This document shows positions 28,388 to 44,215 of a stretch of 64,000 nucleotides of DNA, one piece after another. How positions within the stretch are numbered: the first letter of the stretch is position 1; every line of letters begins with the position of its first letter. The DNA is from the human T2T-CHM13v2.0 reference genome, Homo sapiens: the NCBI RefSeq assembly GCF_009914755.1, contig NC_060936.1; one strand, written 5' to 3'. The translations under genes and the position numbers were made by a program. The notes beneath the pieces were generated by a model that worked only from the letters and a program-made list of their open reading frames with translations, was not told where the DNA came from and searched no databases.

Positions 28388-28749
28388 TCACAGGTGAAGG
28401 ATAGTTTTGGACAGCTCAGGTGAGATACCCTGTAGGGGCTTCATAAGCCAATTGAGGAAAGGTTTGAGGAGGGCTGGAATTCTTCGACTATATAATATAT
28501 GGAAGCTCAATAGACCTGTGTGGTCTCATTTCCTGTTTGCAGAAATTGGGTCCTGACCCAGGGATATGGTAGTTTATAAGAATTAGGATGAGAAAGTCCT
28601 TGCTTGAGCTTCTTTCCACCTCTGGATTTATTAAAGTCATATAATCTAGAGTCCTTTATATAAGGTTTAGAACTGTTTCTAAGCTTGGGCTTTATCCTAT
28701 AAATATTATACAGCTATATTTGACCTTTCTGTAATATTTTACAGAGTCG

Positions 28750-29070
28750 ACAGCTCCCTTTTTCTTGAAGTTGTCTTTTCCCTGGACTGCTATAAAACCA
28801 ACTTCTCCTGGTTTTCCTCCAGCCATTCAGATATTTCCTTCTTGGTTTTCTTCTTGGAAACTAAGATTTTTTTCCCTTGGCATTTCTCCATTTTTAAACC
28901 TCTTAAGTAACCATGTTTCCCAAGATCGTATTCGATCTTTAGAGATCTAATCGTCTCTAGCATACCGCAAACCCATAGCATAACCCACCATTTATAGGCA
29001 GATGACTTCCAAGTCTGTTATTGGAGCTCAGATCCTTCTCTTGAGCTACTCGGTCTATATACCCAACCAT
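28750..29070 (+). mobile_element. L2 fragment
   Basis: ttctcctggttttcctcc...gcagatgacttccaagtctg. Confidence 0.5.
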
Positions 29071-29204
29071 GGCAGCATCAGCAAAGATGGCTTAAAAACA
29101 CAATTGTTGGGACTGAGCAGCAGCCATTGAAACAAATAGGGGGGTTTCCATTCACACAGGTGCCCACTTGGCCTCAACCATTTTCCAGCCCCAGGTCTAG
29201 GTGC

Positions 29205-29350
29205 AATCATCTCAGTGGGAAGAGTACAGACACTGGATCAGAGAGCTGGGTCAAATGATTTCTACTGCTTTTTAATTGTGTAAACTTGAGAAAGTTAACT
29301 CCAAGCAGACTTCATTTCCCCATCTTTAAGATAGAGATAGTGTATACTTT
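29205..29350 (+). mobile_element. MIR fragment
   Basis: tgtgtaaacttgagaaagttaact...tttccccatctttaagatag. Confidence 0.6.
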
Positions 29351-30712
29351 TAAGAATTTGTTATCTCGCAGCCTAATGTATGATTCTGGGATGTACATAT
29401 GTTCTTGCTCTTTGTTAGATTTTATACATTTTCTTCTTGGAGTATTTTATTTTAAAGGGGGAAAGGGCTCCATATATACAATTATGACAATGTTAAGTGG
29501 TATTTTTCCAATATTTCATTTTAAATTACCTCTTCCCTACTGGTTTGATCCAGCTTGCTAGAACATGTATTGTAATGTCACCTTGGTAACCCAGCCTTCA
29601 CTCCATTGGTTAGAATGTCCCAAGGTTGTCCATTATATTCCATCTCCTTTCTTACCCTCAAGAAAGCAAATGTCCACTATATTAGAATTAGCCTTTAACC
29701 CTTAACAATCTGTTACCCACATTTTAAAATTTGTTATGGGTTTTTTATTCCTAAACTGTTAAATAGACTTTTTTTTGCATGGAAGCAGATTTTTTTCCCC
29801 CACAGTTTTGCTCTGAAAGCCAAGCGTTTGTGGTCCATAGTTTTATGATCGAGAAGTATATTTCCTGTTGATAAAAGAAAGAATCCAAAGTTGCTTCCTT
29901 CCTTTCAGTATGCTTGCTTTAACAATTTAAGATGGGTAGGGAGATTGTCCTTCTGGAGTTGCTACTGTGCTCAAGCAATAAATAGATTGAAAAAAGAGGG
30001 TTTTAACCTGCCCTCTCCAATTGACATAAGCCAGATTTTTCTTCTTCTTACTACTCTGCCTTCTTAGGGAGTCTGGATTACCTGATCTCAGTTAAGAGAT
30101 GATGATAGCCTTTCAGACCCTCAATATTAACTTTCCTGATGTCATTACTAAATCTGTTTGTTTGCTCTTATCCTAAGCTCTACAAAGCTGGGTGATCTAC
30201 TGGTGTACATGATCTCTATCTCATTGCTCTTGAGAAAATCACTTTCTTCACTCACAGTTATTGGTATAATGAAAAATGGACATTAAACAAAATAAAAAAT
30301 CAAGTTGAAAACAATGTTCCACTAGGATATGCCTCTGAATTACGTTAACATTATTAATATATCTATTCTCATTTCCTTGTAAATGTAGTCTACTCAGTGC
30401 TTTATTTCTAGTGATCTTTTCTTTTCCTAAATGAACATGTAAATTAAACTACATATATAACGGTCTCCAAATATGTATATATATGTATATATTTTTTTAC
30501 CATTTGGTTACTTTAAATAGATATAAATTTGAAGCATAACATTGCTACTTGGTTGGATTAAATGTGATATTTCTTATACTCTAAGCCAGATTTTTTGTTT
30601 TGAAAAATTAAGTAGTACATAAAGGAAGTATAAGGCATACAAATGGCTAAGTATAAAATTGCTTTTGAAGTTTTCTGTATTATCGTGTCCTGTAATCTAG
30701 AGAAGAGAGTCA

Positions 30713-31280
<568 letters not shown>

Positions 31281-31837
31281 TTATAGAAACAATCCTTATT
31301 TCTATAAGGATGTTTGGCATAGGCCAGATGATATAATAAAGAGTTTTACAAGTCCAGAGAAGAATTATTATATAACCCTTACCATATAAGCTTCCTTATT
31401 GTTCAGAGGAACTGAATGTGTGTTGGAGCTAGCATATATGTCTTTTGCTTTCAGCATCTCAACTCTTCTCCGGCTTTAAGGAGTTTTCTTATAAACCTGT
31501 GAAACACAAAGCTATTGGCTACATTTGCTTTTCTACCATTGGCAGAAAATGCCCTTTCTGTTAGTTCTGTTTGTTGTCAGCATCGGCTGGAGAGAATTTC
31601 CTGTGTTTACTCTTTTCTTCTCTCTACACTTAACCTGTACTTGGAAGGCAGAATGATATTGTGAAAAGAGCACTAGACTGGTTGAGATCCTTGAAGTAGG
31701 TTCTAGACACAGTTCTATCAGTAACTAGCTCAGTAGCAGTTACACATCATTTAATTTATCTTTGCTTTATATTCGTAGAGTTGTAGAAGCTCCAGGTTTG
31801 AAAAGATAAACATCAACAATATAAGATAGTTGATTTT

Positions 31838-32135
31838 GGCCGGGCGCTGTGGCTCACGCCTGTAATCCCAGCACTTTGGGAGGCCGAGGCGGGCGGATCA
31901 TAAGGTCAGGAGATCAAGACCATCCTGGCTAACACGGTGAAACCCCGTCCCTACTAAAAATACAAAAAATTAGCCGGGCAAGGTGGCGGGCGCCTGTAGT
32001 CCCAGCTACTCGGGAGGCTGAGGCAGGAGAATGGCGTGAACCCCGGGGGGCGGAGTGTGCAGTGAGCCGAGATTGCGCCACTGCACTCCAGCCTGGGCGA
32101 CAGCGAGACTCCGTCTCAAAAAAAAAAAAAAAAAA
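31838..32135 (+). mobile_element. Full-length AluY, Ye-like subfamily
   Basis: gaaccccggggggcgg and 2-bp deletion gcgacagcgagact; CpG-rich; TSD aagatagttgatttt/aaggtagttgatttt. Confidence 0.9.
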
Positions 32136-32204
32136 AAGGTAGTTGATTTTACCTGTCCCTTAAAAAATAAAGACGTACTTAAATCTTTTAAACACCATCT
32201 CCAA

Positions 32205-32505
32205 TGAAAGAATGTATAATAAAATAGACTTGGGAGTCAGAATTGAACTTAAATCCCTGTTTAGCTACTTACTACCTGTGTGACCTTGGGAAAATTATTT
32301 ATATTCTCCATGCCCCAGGTTCTTCCCTCTAAAATGTAAATAATAATATGCCACATAAGGTTGTGATGAGGATCACATGAGATAATGCATGTAAAGCACT
32401 TAGTATGGGGCCTGACAAATGGTGAGATATTCAATAAATGGTTGATGATGACAATGGTGATGACGGTAATGATGATGGTAAAGAAAATAATAAAGATGAT
32501 GTTGC
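32205..32505 (+). mobile_element. MIR followed by imperfect (TGA)n
   Basis: gacttgggagtcaga...tgtgtgaccttgggaaa...gttgtgatgaggat...atgcatgtaaagcacttag. Confidence 0.85.
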
Positions 32506-33474
32506 TCAGACTCAATTTGAGCACTGATAGTGATGGACAACTATTACTATCTAAGATAGCACACTCTAATTTGTGAAATTATAATGGCTAGAAGTGTTTT
32601 CTTCTAGCTAACCAAAATTACATCTTCTTATCTCCAGATATTCTTTGTCCAAGTTCTGCCTTCTAGGATCATAACTGCCTTTTATACATTTGAAGATGGC
32701 TATCACATCCCCTACACTACCCGCCTGTTGTCATAACTCCCTTGATTGTTTTTCTTTTATTTTCTTCCTTCCAATTTCTTTCAATCAACTTCTATTTAAC
32801 TATCGAATTCTTGTCATCGACCCCAAACCAACTCTTTTAATCAACATTGATATACTAAGATGTAGTAGTCTTCATTTCAAGACACTTAGTAATTCTTCAG
32901 GTTAATATTCCTTTTCTGCATCTGAAGGAGACCAGAGGTCACTCAGGGCATGGGCCAGCCTTTATGTGTACCACAAATTCTGCTCATTTATTCTGCATCT
33001 GGGAGAAAACTCTATTTTATTTATGGTTACAGTGTACTTTACAAAGTTTATGGAGAATATAGGTTAGTAGTCCCAATCCAATGATGATTTTTAAATACAA
33101 ACACTCATAACATTTTTAATTACCCTAAAGGGTTAGACTGGCTAATCAAATTTCATTTTAGTAACATCCCCCCTGAAAGTTGAGCCTTTTAAAATATTAC
33201 ACAACTCATCCAGAGAATAAGCCTGTGCAACAGAGAGACTGTAGTATTATTTTCTTCAACTTTACAGAGATATAAAACCAGAATTTTCTCAGGGACAATG
33301 ACCAAATTGCTTCTAATTACAGGTATTTCCCAACCAACTGGCCAATGGATAGGTTTGTATATATCATGGCAGACTGGCCAATTTTGAAAACATATTCTCT
33401 CCTTTTATACAGAGTTGTCCTTTATACAGTTGAAGACAACTTTGTATCTCACTCATTTGCCTTGTATCATTGTA

Positions 33475-33612
33475 CTTGCCTCATCCACCCTATCAGATCA
33501 TAAGCTCTTGCAGGACAGAGAATTTCTCTTATTCTCCCTGGTGTGTCTTGTTCTGCCTAACATAGCACCCTGTTCCAAATGTCACTCAATAAATCTTGTT
33601 GAATGGAATTGA
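33475..33612 (+). mobile_element. L2 3' end
   Basis: agatcataagctcttgcaggacag...cactcaataaatcttgttgaatg. Confidence 0.7.
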
Positions 33613-35656
33613 AATAAGGACTATAAAAGCTGAGTGAACAGGTGAGTTTAGTTCTGAAGGAGACAGAAGATACATATAGCCATATGGTGACATTGTATAT
33701 TCTGAAGTTTTAAGAAATTTATATTCAAGTTTCCAATTTATATTATTCATTTTCATCAGTTGCTTATAGATGGGTCAATTTTGATCATAGTAAGGGTCAA
33801 AATAATTCTCTAAATTATGTTAGAATTAAACATTTATTACCATTAAAGATAATTGAAATGCAATAATTATAATTGCATTTTTCACTTTTGTTTTCTTCAC
33901 CCATTATTAGTGGTGATTATAGCATTGCTTAGGAATCAAAGATGACTAGTATTGATTCTTGTTGACAAAATTTCATTCAACCATTTGTTTCAACATTTAT
34001 AGAAATACTTATTGAAAAGCCAATCCCCCAAATGGATGTTTTAAGTATGTGAATAATTCTTCTCAGCTCTTCTGCACTAATTGTGCTATGATCTTTTTTT
34101 AATCCCTGTGATATTGTAATAATCCATAGTAAATCACACTTACACTCTTTTCTGTCTTAAAAGCAGGTAATTAAAGTAGGATATGACAGAGTGAGACAGA
34201 AAGAGAGAGAGAGAGAGACAGAGAAAGGGGGAAAGAGACACATACAGAGAGAAGGGAATTGGTCTCCACTTTTTCCTTTAATCCACATTCTGCCCAACAC
34301 CTTCCTGCCATCAGGGATCAATTTGTCATCCCTTCAGACTGAGCTCCAGGCAGGATTGATTCTGAGAATTAATAATTGCTTGGATGATCTGGTTCAGGAT
34401 CATTTTTCATCAGCACCTCTCAGAGGCTGGCTTATTCTATTTATTCAACATTCAACAATATATATTAAACACCTACCATGTATCAGACACTGTGCAACTT
34501 TAGGAAACAGGAACCTTTCTGTAGTGTGCCTGTATAATTTTTGGCTGCCCAGTGTCCCTTTACAACTCTCAACAGCATCGTAATGTTTTGGGGGCACCAT
34601 CTCTCTCTCATTTGTGTAGCTTTGCAGGGCAGAAGAGTCTAGGTTGGTGCCTCTTACCAGAGAGCTCAATGGGACTAGAGACTCTGAATAAGGCATACAA
34701 CCTCTGTTCAACCAGTCGCAAGGTCTTTACTGGTCTTTTGAATCTTCAGTAATTGAACTAAACACAGGAGTGACCTTGGCGTTCACTCATTGCAGCAGTG
34801 GTATGATGACGTGAATGTCCATAATATGAAGCCACTGCTAAAGTTTCTCTTTCTCGGCCCTCCATACTCCCTTTCCTGTCCAGAACAGAGCCTGTACCTC
34901 TGACTTTCTGTCAGTTCTATGAATATATTAATTCGCTCCCATATTCTTCTAATACATTTCCTGTGTTTAAGTTAGGCAGAATTTGTTTCGGCCAAGGGCA
35001 CTCAGTGATGCACCTTGGCCCACAGCTAGTGACCATTCCAGCATCCCAAAAACTCCAAGGACCAGGCATTGTTTAGATTAGCTGAAACTATTGAAGTTCA
35101 CCTGGTTTGTATTCATATCTGAGCCCACCCAAATTGTCCTAGACTCTGGGTGGTGAGAGCTCAGAGCTTTACATGCTATTTCATTGACATCATATGAAAA
35201 TTTAGGCCATTACTTATTTTCAGCAAAGAAGATAAAAAGGAGCTCTGTGTCATAAACAACTACCAGCAGAGGGAAGGAGGGAGAGATGAGGATATACCTT
35301 ACAGGCCTGTGCCAAAGGAAAGAGCAGCAAAACCTAGCTCAGCCCCAGGATGAGAGAGGCCATAGGAAGTGAACACAGATATCCCAATATTTTCCAGATA
35401 AGAAAGAGAGAAAACGGGAAAATGAAATTCCCACAGGTTTGAGAGGGTTGTGTGGGAATGTAAAGGAGATAACTGCCAACATTCAGTGACATGCTCCAGG
35501 CCTTATCCCAGGGGAACCCATGAGACTAATCGTGCTTTCTCAGGAACACTCACGTCCACAAATCTTGGCTCCACTTATCTGCCCACACACATGCTGGAAG
35601 GCCATCTTTGTCCCAGGCCAGATCCTAGAGGGTTTATAGGACAGGGTTATCCATGC

Positions 35657-35659
<3 letters not shown>

Positions 35660-35692
<33 letters not shown>
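35660..35692. repeat. (TG)16 microsatellite
   Basis: Read directly. Confidence 0.95.
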
Positions 35693-35693
<1 letters not shown>

Positions 35694-37354
35694 GTGAGTG
35701 TGTAAGGAGAGAGACACACACACAACTAAGTTCTAACTTTGTCAGGACATCTTCTTGTTAGAGAGAAAACCCTCTTTGGAATGTCTTATTCAGTCTCCCT
35801 AAATCTCCTCTTCCCCTCGGCCCCTCCTATTATCTACATGTTTACTCTCCCTGCTCCTCCAAACCCAGTGTAATGGGCGCTTCTTTAACTGTGCATTTTG
35901 ATCCTGTCTCCAGACCTTTCCTTTACCCTTTTTTGGCGGGGGGGGGACTTAGATATACACAATCCTTCTTATTTCTTCTGCAAACTGAATAATTATCCTA
36001 GTGTTTTGTTCAGTAAGAAAGCTATTCTGGAAATCTAATTTTCCTTCCAAGAGTTGCATAACAAATTTGGGAGCTTCAAACATCTGTAATCCTAAGAAAA
36101 TTTTAGGGATTTTTTATAAACCCCAAACTCAGACATACACAATTTTAAAAACCATAAAGTAAGTTTGCAAAGTGAATGTCTTCTCATTCTAGGTATTTTT
36201 ATCTCTCCAGTACAGTTTCGCAGGAGTGTTTCCTTACTAGTCTTTTCAAAGTACTTCTTGCAGTTACTGATTTTCAGGCTTAGTGTCTTTTCAAAGATGC
36301 TTTTCTGGGGACTGTTGATTTCAGGCTGTTTCAACTGCATGAGTTATGCAAGTGTGATAACTTTTTCTCCTTCTAAAAAGAGATGCTTCAGCCTATTTTT
36401 TTGTGCTCATAATAAAAGCAAAAGATAAAGACCAGCGTTGGGGATTAGTGTAGACTTTGCAGAGATAGGAAGAGCTAAGAAAATTTATATCCCAAATCAA
36501 TAGCACAATCAAAGCTAGGAATAGAGGACGGATGATAAAAATGAAGCTTCAAGTTAGGCAAATAATTACATCTTTATTGCATTTATAATTACATTTTTAT
36601 TAACATTACCCTTTTATTTGCTTCTTCAGATATTTAGGGAAACACAAAAAGTTATTCTGACTTTAGGAGTAAGAAGTTATGTAAGATCTAGCTAATACAA
36701 TGTGTCTGCTGCATGAAACAAGTATTTATTGAATTTTGAAAGTTCTCTTTTTGTCAAGTGATATTAGTTCCCCAGTAAGTGTGTTGCACTGTGGACTCTT
36801 GCTGAGTTTGAGAAATTTAGAATCTAAGGGGAATTTAAAATTTAACTCCTATTTTTAAATACAATCTGTGCATGTGTATATATATACATAAACACATATT
36901 TAAATAAAACCATAAACATATCTGAGGTTAAATACACATAAAGCAAAATTTGATGAATTTCTATGCATCACTGAATTCCCTGTTGTCTCTTGGAAGTAAA
37001 GTGTCTGTTTCTAATAAACTTATTGATATGAATGCCAAATGAAACAAAATGTCATAGGCAAGACAAAGAACTGATTGAGGAGTTGGTTGACTGTTTACCA
37101 GTGTTTTTTTTTTTTTTTTTTATCTCCAGTATTACTGCTATTAATGAAGAACATGTGTCCTCTCACACTTGATTGTGGGAAACTTTATTACTAGAGGTAG
37201 AAAGAGCATAGAGATGTACCTCTGAGCATGGCTTCCCTCTTCTCTGTTGACCAGCAGAACTAATCTCTTGGTTTGTCTCTTTTCCATGGTAGCCCTGACA
37301 AAGTGGGCTATAACTCTCCATAAATCATGGGATGATTGTAGTTTTACAATCAAG

Positions 37355-37880
37355 GTCTGTATCAGGTAAGACTCATTCAGCAGCAAGTAATACAATTCTC
37401 AACTAACAGAGACTTCTAAAATAAAGATTTTTAATTTTAAAATAAAGGACTTCTCACTTCTCACAGAGTGAGAAATCTTAGAGTAGATGGTTCTAGATTT
37501 GGTACAGAAACCCAAAGTTCATATCAAGGAACCAGCACTTTTCTATCTTTCTGCTCTCTCATCTTCAGTTTTTTTATGTTTTAGTCTTCAAGTTACAAAG
37601 TGGCACTGAGGAAGCATTACGGCCTCTGGCCACCGTGTTTGATTCAGTGAATACCTGGAGGAAAAGGGCTTTTGTGTGTGTGTTAGGAAAACAAGTCTTT
37701 CCCAGAAGATCCTTATTAGACTTCCTTTTGTGGCTCATAGGCAAGAATTGGGTCACATGTTCCTCTACTCTCATAGCTGCCTGGAATACTGGCAAAAAAT
37801 GATTAACTAGCAAAGGATAGGGCTGCTATGATTTGCTTAGACAAACCAGGAGTCATCTTTACAGGCTGGGCACATCGACT
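37355..37880 (-). mobile_element. Old MLT1 (J/K-like) LTR
   Basis: gcaagtaatacaa...ctcataggcaagaattgggtcacatg motifs. Confidence 0.55.
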
Positions 37881-38212
37881 CCCTTCCACGCTACAACATT
37901 GGCAGGAAAAGCGGGAAAGGCTGTTGCGCAATTAAGTTTTCCAATTTCCCAGGCTGTGACTTCCATGACATCTCCCTCAGTCTCCTGTGACTCTGCAGTG
38001 GGCATCCTCAGAACCTGACTCTTGCTTCACCTTGGGTTCTAGCCCTCCAAGCAAAAAACCTCCCAATCATCGATTCATAGAGAAAGGCAGCTTGTTTCTT
38101 GTGACTAGGTCTAACTTACCATCCCAAGGTTTGTCACATATAATTCACAGCTTCATATTTCTGTGCTTCTCCAGCTATTTTTAAATTTTAAACCTAAGAG
38201 GTTCCAGCTTCA

Positions 38213-38624
<412 letters not shown>

Positions 38625-40539
38625 TTATCTTCTCTAATTTCTGGACCCATAAGCCTCTGCCAGAGGATAGCTTGTGATGTATGGCATCTATGTTCCCTTG
38701 TTTCTGCTATTAAATACGCTCCTGGCTGTTCTACCTCTCCCATAAATGTTTAACTAATGTGTATAATGGTTCTTTCAGAATGGGTTTTTCATTATGGAAG
38801 TTATTTTTCACCAAAGGTGTGTCACTATTTCTAGAATAGTATTTTAGTATGTTTTAAACTCAATTTTTGTACTAGTTTCTTCACAGAAGAAAGGGGGTAG
38901 TTTTTAGACATTTTACATAATTTATATGTTGGAAGGTATGCAACTATTCATTTAGACTTTATTTACACTTAACAACTGATTTGAAAACAATTGAAAATGT
39001 AGATAAACTGGTGTTATTTATGTTCATGTTTGAGCATACTAGGTGATGTTTACAAGTCAGAAATTTACCCTCAAAATAATATTGTTGTTACAGATAATGA
39101 ACAATATTGAATACTCCTGCAATCCAAGATGAAGAAAAATGAAGTTAATGAAATTAATTTCTCAGTTTTGAAACAGTTGCTTCTTTTAGTTTTTTTTAAT
39201 ATTAGAGGTCTTTTTATGTGGAGTTTAATTTTTCTTTCTTCTCCCATTTTTAGTCATCTTTAATTTAGCAATAATTGCTAAATGAGTAATTGTCACAATA
39301 AATTGCCCCATTGTCTTGATCATCTAAAATCCAATACAGGTGTCAATTGGTTCACAATAGGGAGGTTCAGAAAGTGGCTAGTGTTGAAGAGAGAAATATG
39401 ACTATAGAGGAAGAGCCCAAATTGCCCACTATAAAAATTTAACTTAATATTTTTAAAAATTAAAGCTCTTGTAATATGGGGAGGGCCCATCTGTATCCCC
39501 TATTACTCCACAAAGGAAGCACTCAAAAATACCTCCAGAAAGGAAAGAAAGATAACAGTTATGCTTCCTTGGGCCTGAAGTCTTGTCTGGCAGATCTTTA
39601 TAATGAAATGAAGGCGGAGACAACAAGTCATTTTTTTTTAATTTGCTTCATTTTCTTAAAAGCCATATACCCCAAGATACCATAGAACCGAGTAAAATAG
39701 CTTAGATACTGATTGAAAAGGCAGACTCAGAGTCTAGAAATGCAAAATAACAACCCATATGCCAAACCACTTGCATTGTAAGGCTGGATACTTCTGAAGG
39801 AAGATTTTAAAGGCGACAGAGAATTCCAAATTTGGAACCCACAGAGACATCTGGTATCTTAGAACTTTCCATTTTCCTTTGGCAGATATTTCAGTGAATT
39901 TCCCACCTTGGTCAGAGTGTATAATTATTTTTTAAGCTTATTCTAATTTTAACATATTCTATTTCACTGTTACTGTGAAATGGCCCTACTGTCAGGACCA
40001 ACCATTTAATTTTAACACTTAGGTCATTTAGCAATTTCTTAGAAGAGCCAAATAAGGGGGTGGAATTTAATTAACACAATAGGTACACTATTGACTTTTG
40101 TGGGTATTTGTGGCATTTATGTATATTTCCAACTTTTGGTCTTCAAACAGATGCATGTGAAATAAATAACAGATGAATCAAAATACAGAAATGGCATTGC
40201 ATTCCAAATGGCAATGTTCATCATCAGTGCTCATGAAGTGGCTCTACCAAAACGGTCTTAAAAGGTATCATCATGATAACACTTGCTTCTTGCAAACCAT
40301 TTGTTAATGGCTGGTCTGTGTCTACTTGAAGTATTCATTAGTTTGGATCCACATTTGCCCAATGTGGGTAGTAGGATGGGATGGGAACTTGAGGAGATTG
40401 ATGAGGCTTTATTACTGTGAAGAAATGTACTAACACGTGCATACAAGGATTACTGAGCAGCAATGAGGGCTCAGTTGAAATTGCATAGTATGGATATTTA
40501 ATAGTGTCAACCATATCGATTTAATGACTCAAACAGTAT

Positions 40540-40678
40540 CATAGAATTGTGTCCATTTTAGAGTGGAAAGGGATCATCTTATCCAACTCTCTCAATTGGC
40601 AAGTGGGAAAACTGAGGCATAAATAAGCTAAGTAAGTGGCCCAAGTCTACATAGTAAATGGCAGGGCAATTCTAATTT
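40540..40678 (-). mobile_element. MIR fragment
   Basis: gggaaaactgaggcat...aagtaagtggcccaag. Confidence 0.65.
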
Positions 40679-40680
40679 CT

Positions 40681-41985
40681 AGACCTAAATGTAAGACCTG
40701 AAACAATAAAACTCCTAAAAGAAAACATAAGGGAAATGGTTCAGGACATTGGTCTGGGAAAATATTATATGAATAAGACCTCAAAAGCACAGGCAACAAA
40801 AGCAACAATAAACAAATGAGATTATATCAAGCTAAAAATCTCTGCACAGCAAAGGAAACAATCAACAGAGTGAAAAGACAACCTCCAGAAGGGGAGAACA
40901 TATTCGTAAACTACTAAGCTGACATAATTAGTATGTAGATACTATACATGTCTACATATCTAATATGTTCAACAGCAAAAAAGCAAGGTGATTAAAAAAT
41001 GGGCAAATGATCTGAACAGACATTTCTCAAAAGAAGACATACAAATGGCTAACAAATATATGAACGAATGCTCAATATCACTAATCATTGGGGAAATGCA
41101 AATCAAAACCACAACGAGGTATCATCTCATCCCAGTTAAGATAGCTATTATCAAAAAGACAAAAAGTAACAAATGCTGACAAGAATGTGGAGAAAAGGGA
41201 ACTCTTATAAACTGTCATTGTTAATGTAAACTAGTACAGCCACTATAGAGAGCAGTATGGAGGTTGCCCAAAAAACGAAAAATAGAACTAACCATATGAT
41301 CCAGTAATTCCACTACTGGGAATTCATCCAAAGGAAAGTAAATCATTATATTGAAGAAACAACTGCACCCCTGTGTTTATTGCAGCACTATTCACAATAG
41401 CCAAGATATGGATTCAACGTAGGTGCCCAACAGCAGATGAATAGATAAAGAAAATGTGATATATAATCACAATGGAATACTATTCAGCCATATGAAAGAA
41501 TGAAATTCTGTCATTTGTTGCAACATGGATGGAAATGGGGTACATTATGTTAAGTGAAATAAGCCAGGAACAGAAAGTTAAACACCACATGTTCTCACTC
41601 ATCTGTGAAAGTTAAAAAAAGTTCATTGCATAGAAGTAAAAAGTAGAACAGAGGATACTAGAGGCTGGTAAAGGTAGGGGGAAGGGAGGAATAGGGAGAT
41701 ATTTCTTTGAAGGGTGCAAAATTACAGCTAGATAGGAGGAATAAGTTCTAGTGTTCTATAGTGCTGTAGGATGAGTATAGTTAAAAATAATGTATTCTAT
41801 AGCTTCAAATGGCTAGAAGGAGGATATTGAATAGTCCCAGCACAAAGAAATGATAAAAGTTTGAAATGATAGGTATGCTGATTACCCTGATCTGATCAGT
41901 ATATATTATATGTATTGACACATCACTATGTACTCCATGAATATGTACTATTATTATTTGTCATTTTTAAAAAAATAAAAAATAA
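40681..41985 (+). mobile_element. 5'-truncated L1MA (MA1-3-like): ORF2 C-terminus plus 3'UTR
   Basis: Peptide [24 protein letters not shown]...[15 protein letters not shown]; L1MA 3'UTR and A-rich tail. Confidence 0.9.
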
Positions 41986-43729
41986 TGAATATTACGTTAG
42001 AAAGACACGGTGGCCATACAATATTCAAAGATGTTTGAAAAATCTAGGCTTGCAGAACTATAGATTGGTCCCGCTGGAACTTTCTCTATTAGTGAATTTC
42101 ACTGACAGTATACTTACGCTTCTTATTCAAAAGGAAGCACAGCATAAAGTTACTGGTATTCAGATTCCCTCATTTTATCATTAGTAAAGCAAAAGTAATA
42201 AATTGTTTCTTAGGCAAAGTAGGTTAAAGAATTATTGGTCTTTTTATTCTTCTGCATTTTTTATGGGGTAAATTCGCAATTAGTAAGGATTATTAAAGTC
42301 TCAAATTGCCAGTTTGGGGGCTGAAAACTGCTAGGAGCCCTGCTATATTTGCTTTGTTTTTTTGAACCTCCTGAAGTTGTAATAAGGCTTTATAATTTGG
42401 CAAGTGTAATGGCTGGTCAAAATACAACCACTTAGTGCCTCTTACCTTACATCTGTCCCTGTTCATACTTTTATATCACCTGTTTGGCTCTGGTGTATAC
42501 TTAGAGACAGTCTAGTGTGACTGATCCTTTGATATAAAACCTAGTTTATTTCCTAGAATGAGATATCCTGTGGGCTAAATAAAGTGAAAACAATGATGGT
42601 AATCAATGCTATATTAAGACATGACTCAGAGACTCCCTTGTAGTAGCACTTAATATAGAAAGATGTTTTAAATATGGAAAATATTTTACAACATAGATAG
42701 CCCATTCAATATCCCTTTAATTAAAAATTTAAAAATTTATTCATCATTTCTGGATATTGTGATCATAAACCTTTTTATATATTTTATGTGTATATTTCAA
42801 AATGTCTACAAAAATAAGTCACATTTTAAGAAAAATACAAATGTCCTTTTTACTCAAAGAATAGCCAAGTAACCGTAAAAATTAAAGCATAAAAAAGAAG
42901 TCTCCTTATTCAATGTAACAAAGTTAAAACATATTGTGGCTTAGAGGATTTGGATGTTTTTAAAAGGAGGATGGTGGTAGAAGTAAACTTTTATACTTTC
43001 CTGATTGGTGTTACAGAGAATAATGAGAAGAGATAACAAGTAAGAAAATACATAAACAAAATTACAATAGAAATGATTTTAAGGATAATAAGCATTCAAA
43101 TGCTATTGTCATCTATAATGATAAGGTACCTCTTTTTTAATGTGGCAACTGAGTTGATACTGAACTTTCAACACACAGGGAGTACAAATAACCTAACCAT
43201 CAGATGGAAGAATTAAACAGAATAATAATACTTTACATTTATGAAGCATTCTCTTGCGTTTATTTCCTCACATAGAATAGTTTACGCAGACTGTGTTTTT
43301 ATAGGTCGTAACTGATTTAATACTTACAGTGTTATAAGATGAGCAAGGCAGTCATTTTTTATGCCCATTCAATACAGAAGAGGAAACATACTCCAAGAGG
43401 CAAAATGATTTGCTCAGGCTGAGATGGTGGCTTGGTGTCTTTTCATAGCTTGATGGTAAAATACCTGTTTGTCGAGCTACATCTTTGTAGATGGATTTAA
43501 TTTTTGCCCTTGTGTAATCTCTTCTTGTCCACTGAAACATTACCCTTGCTCTTGATGTAGTTATGTTTCTAAACACTAATTTATTATTCAAACTCTTTTG
43601 ATAAAAAGAAAAGGCTATGTTTAAAATATTTTAACAATCAGAATAATATGGGTAGTAACCAATCTGAATGGTTGCTGGATCAGGCACTGCTTCATCAGGA
43701 TGTCCCACAATCAAAGGTCATGGCCGTAT

Positions 43730-44215
43730 GGGTGTGTATCAGCTGCAGATAAGTGCTGTGACAGAAAACCCAGCTCACACTGTTTTAGGGAATTCAGGAG
43801 AATTTTTTGACATACATAACTGAGCTGTCCAGATATGTCCTTATTTAGACACAACAGGAATCAGGGGTGCAAATGATGTTACGTCTTTCTCCACCTCTTA
43901 GTTCTTTTCTCTGCACTGACTCCATTTTCAGGAGGCCTTTCCCTCCCTGTGGTACAAGGCGACTTACGGTGGCTCCGAATGAATTTACATCCTGTTTCCT
44001 TGGCAAAAGTGAGTGTCTCTCTATTGGTTGCCTCGGCCAATGCCTTGGACAACTTTAAATTGGCTGTGATTGTTGTAAGCACTGGGGATGGCAGTCATCT
44101 CCACCCAAACTGTTAAACTAGAAATGGAGGAGGAGAGCTCCTGAAGGAAAACCTGTGGCTGTAACCCAGAGAAGGGAGAAAAGCGACAGGCAACGACTAT
44201 AAATGTCTGCTCTAC
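43730..44215 (-). mobile_element. Old MLT1-type LTR
   Basis: gtgacagaaaacccagctcacact and degenerate MaLR motifs. Confidence 0.4.
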
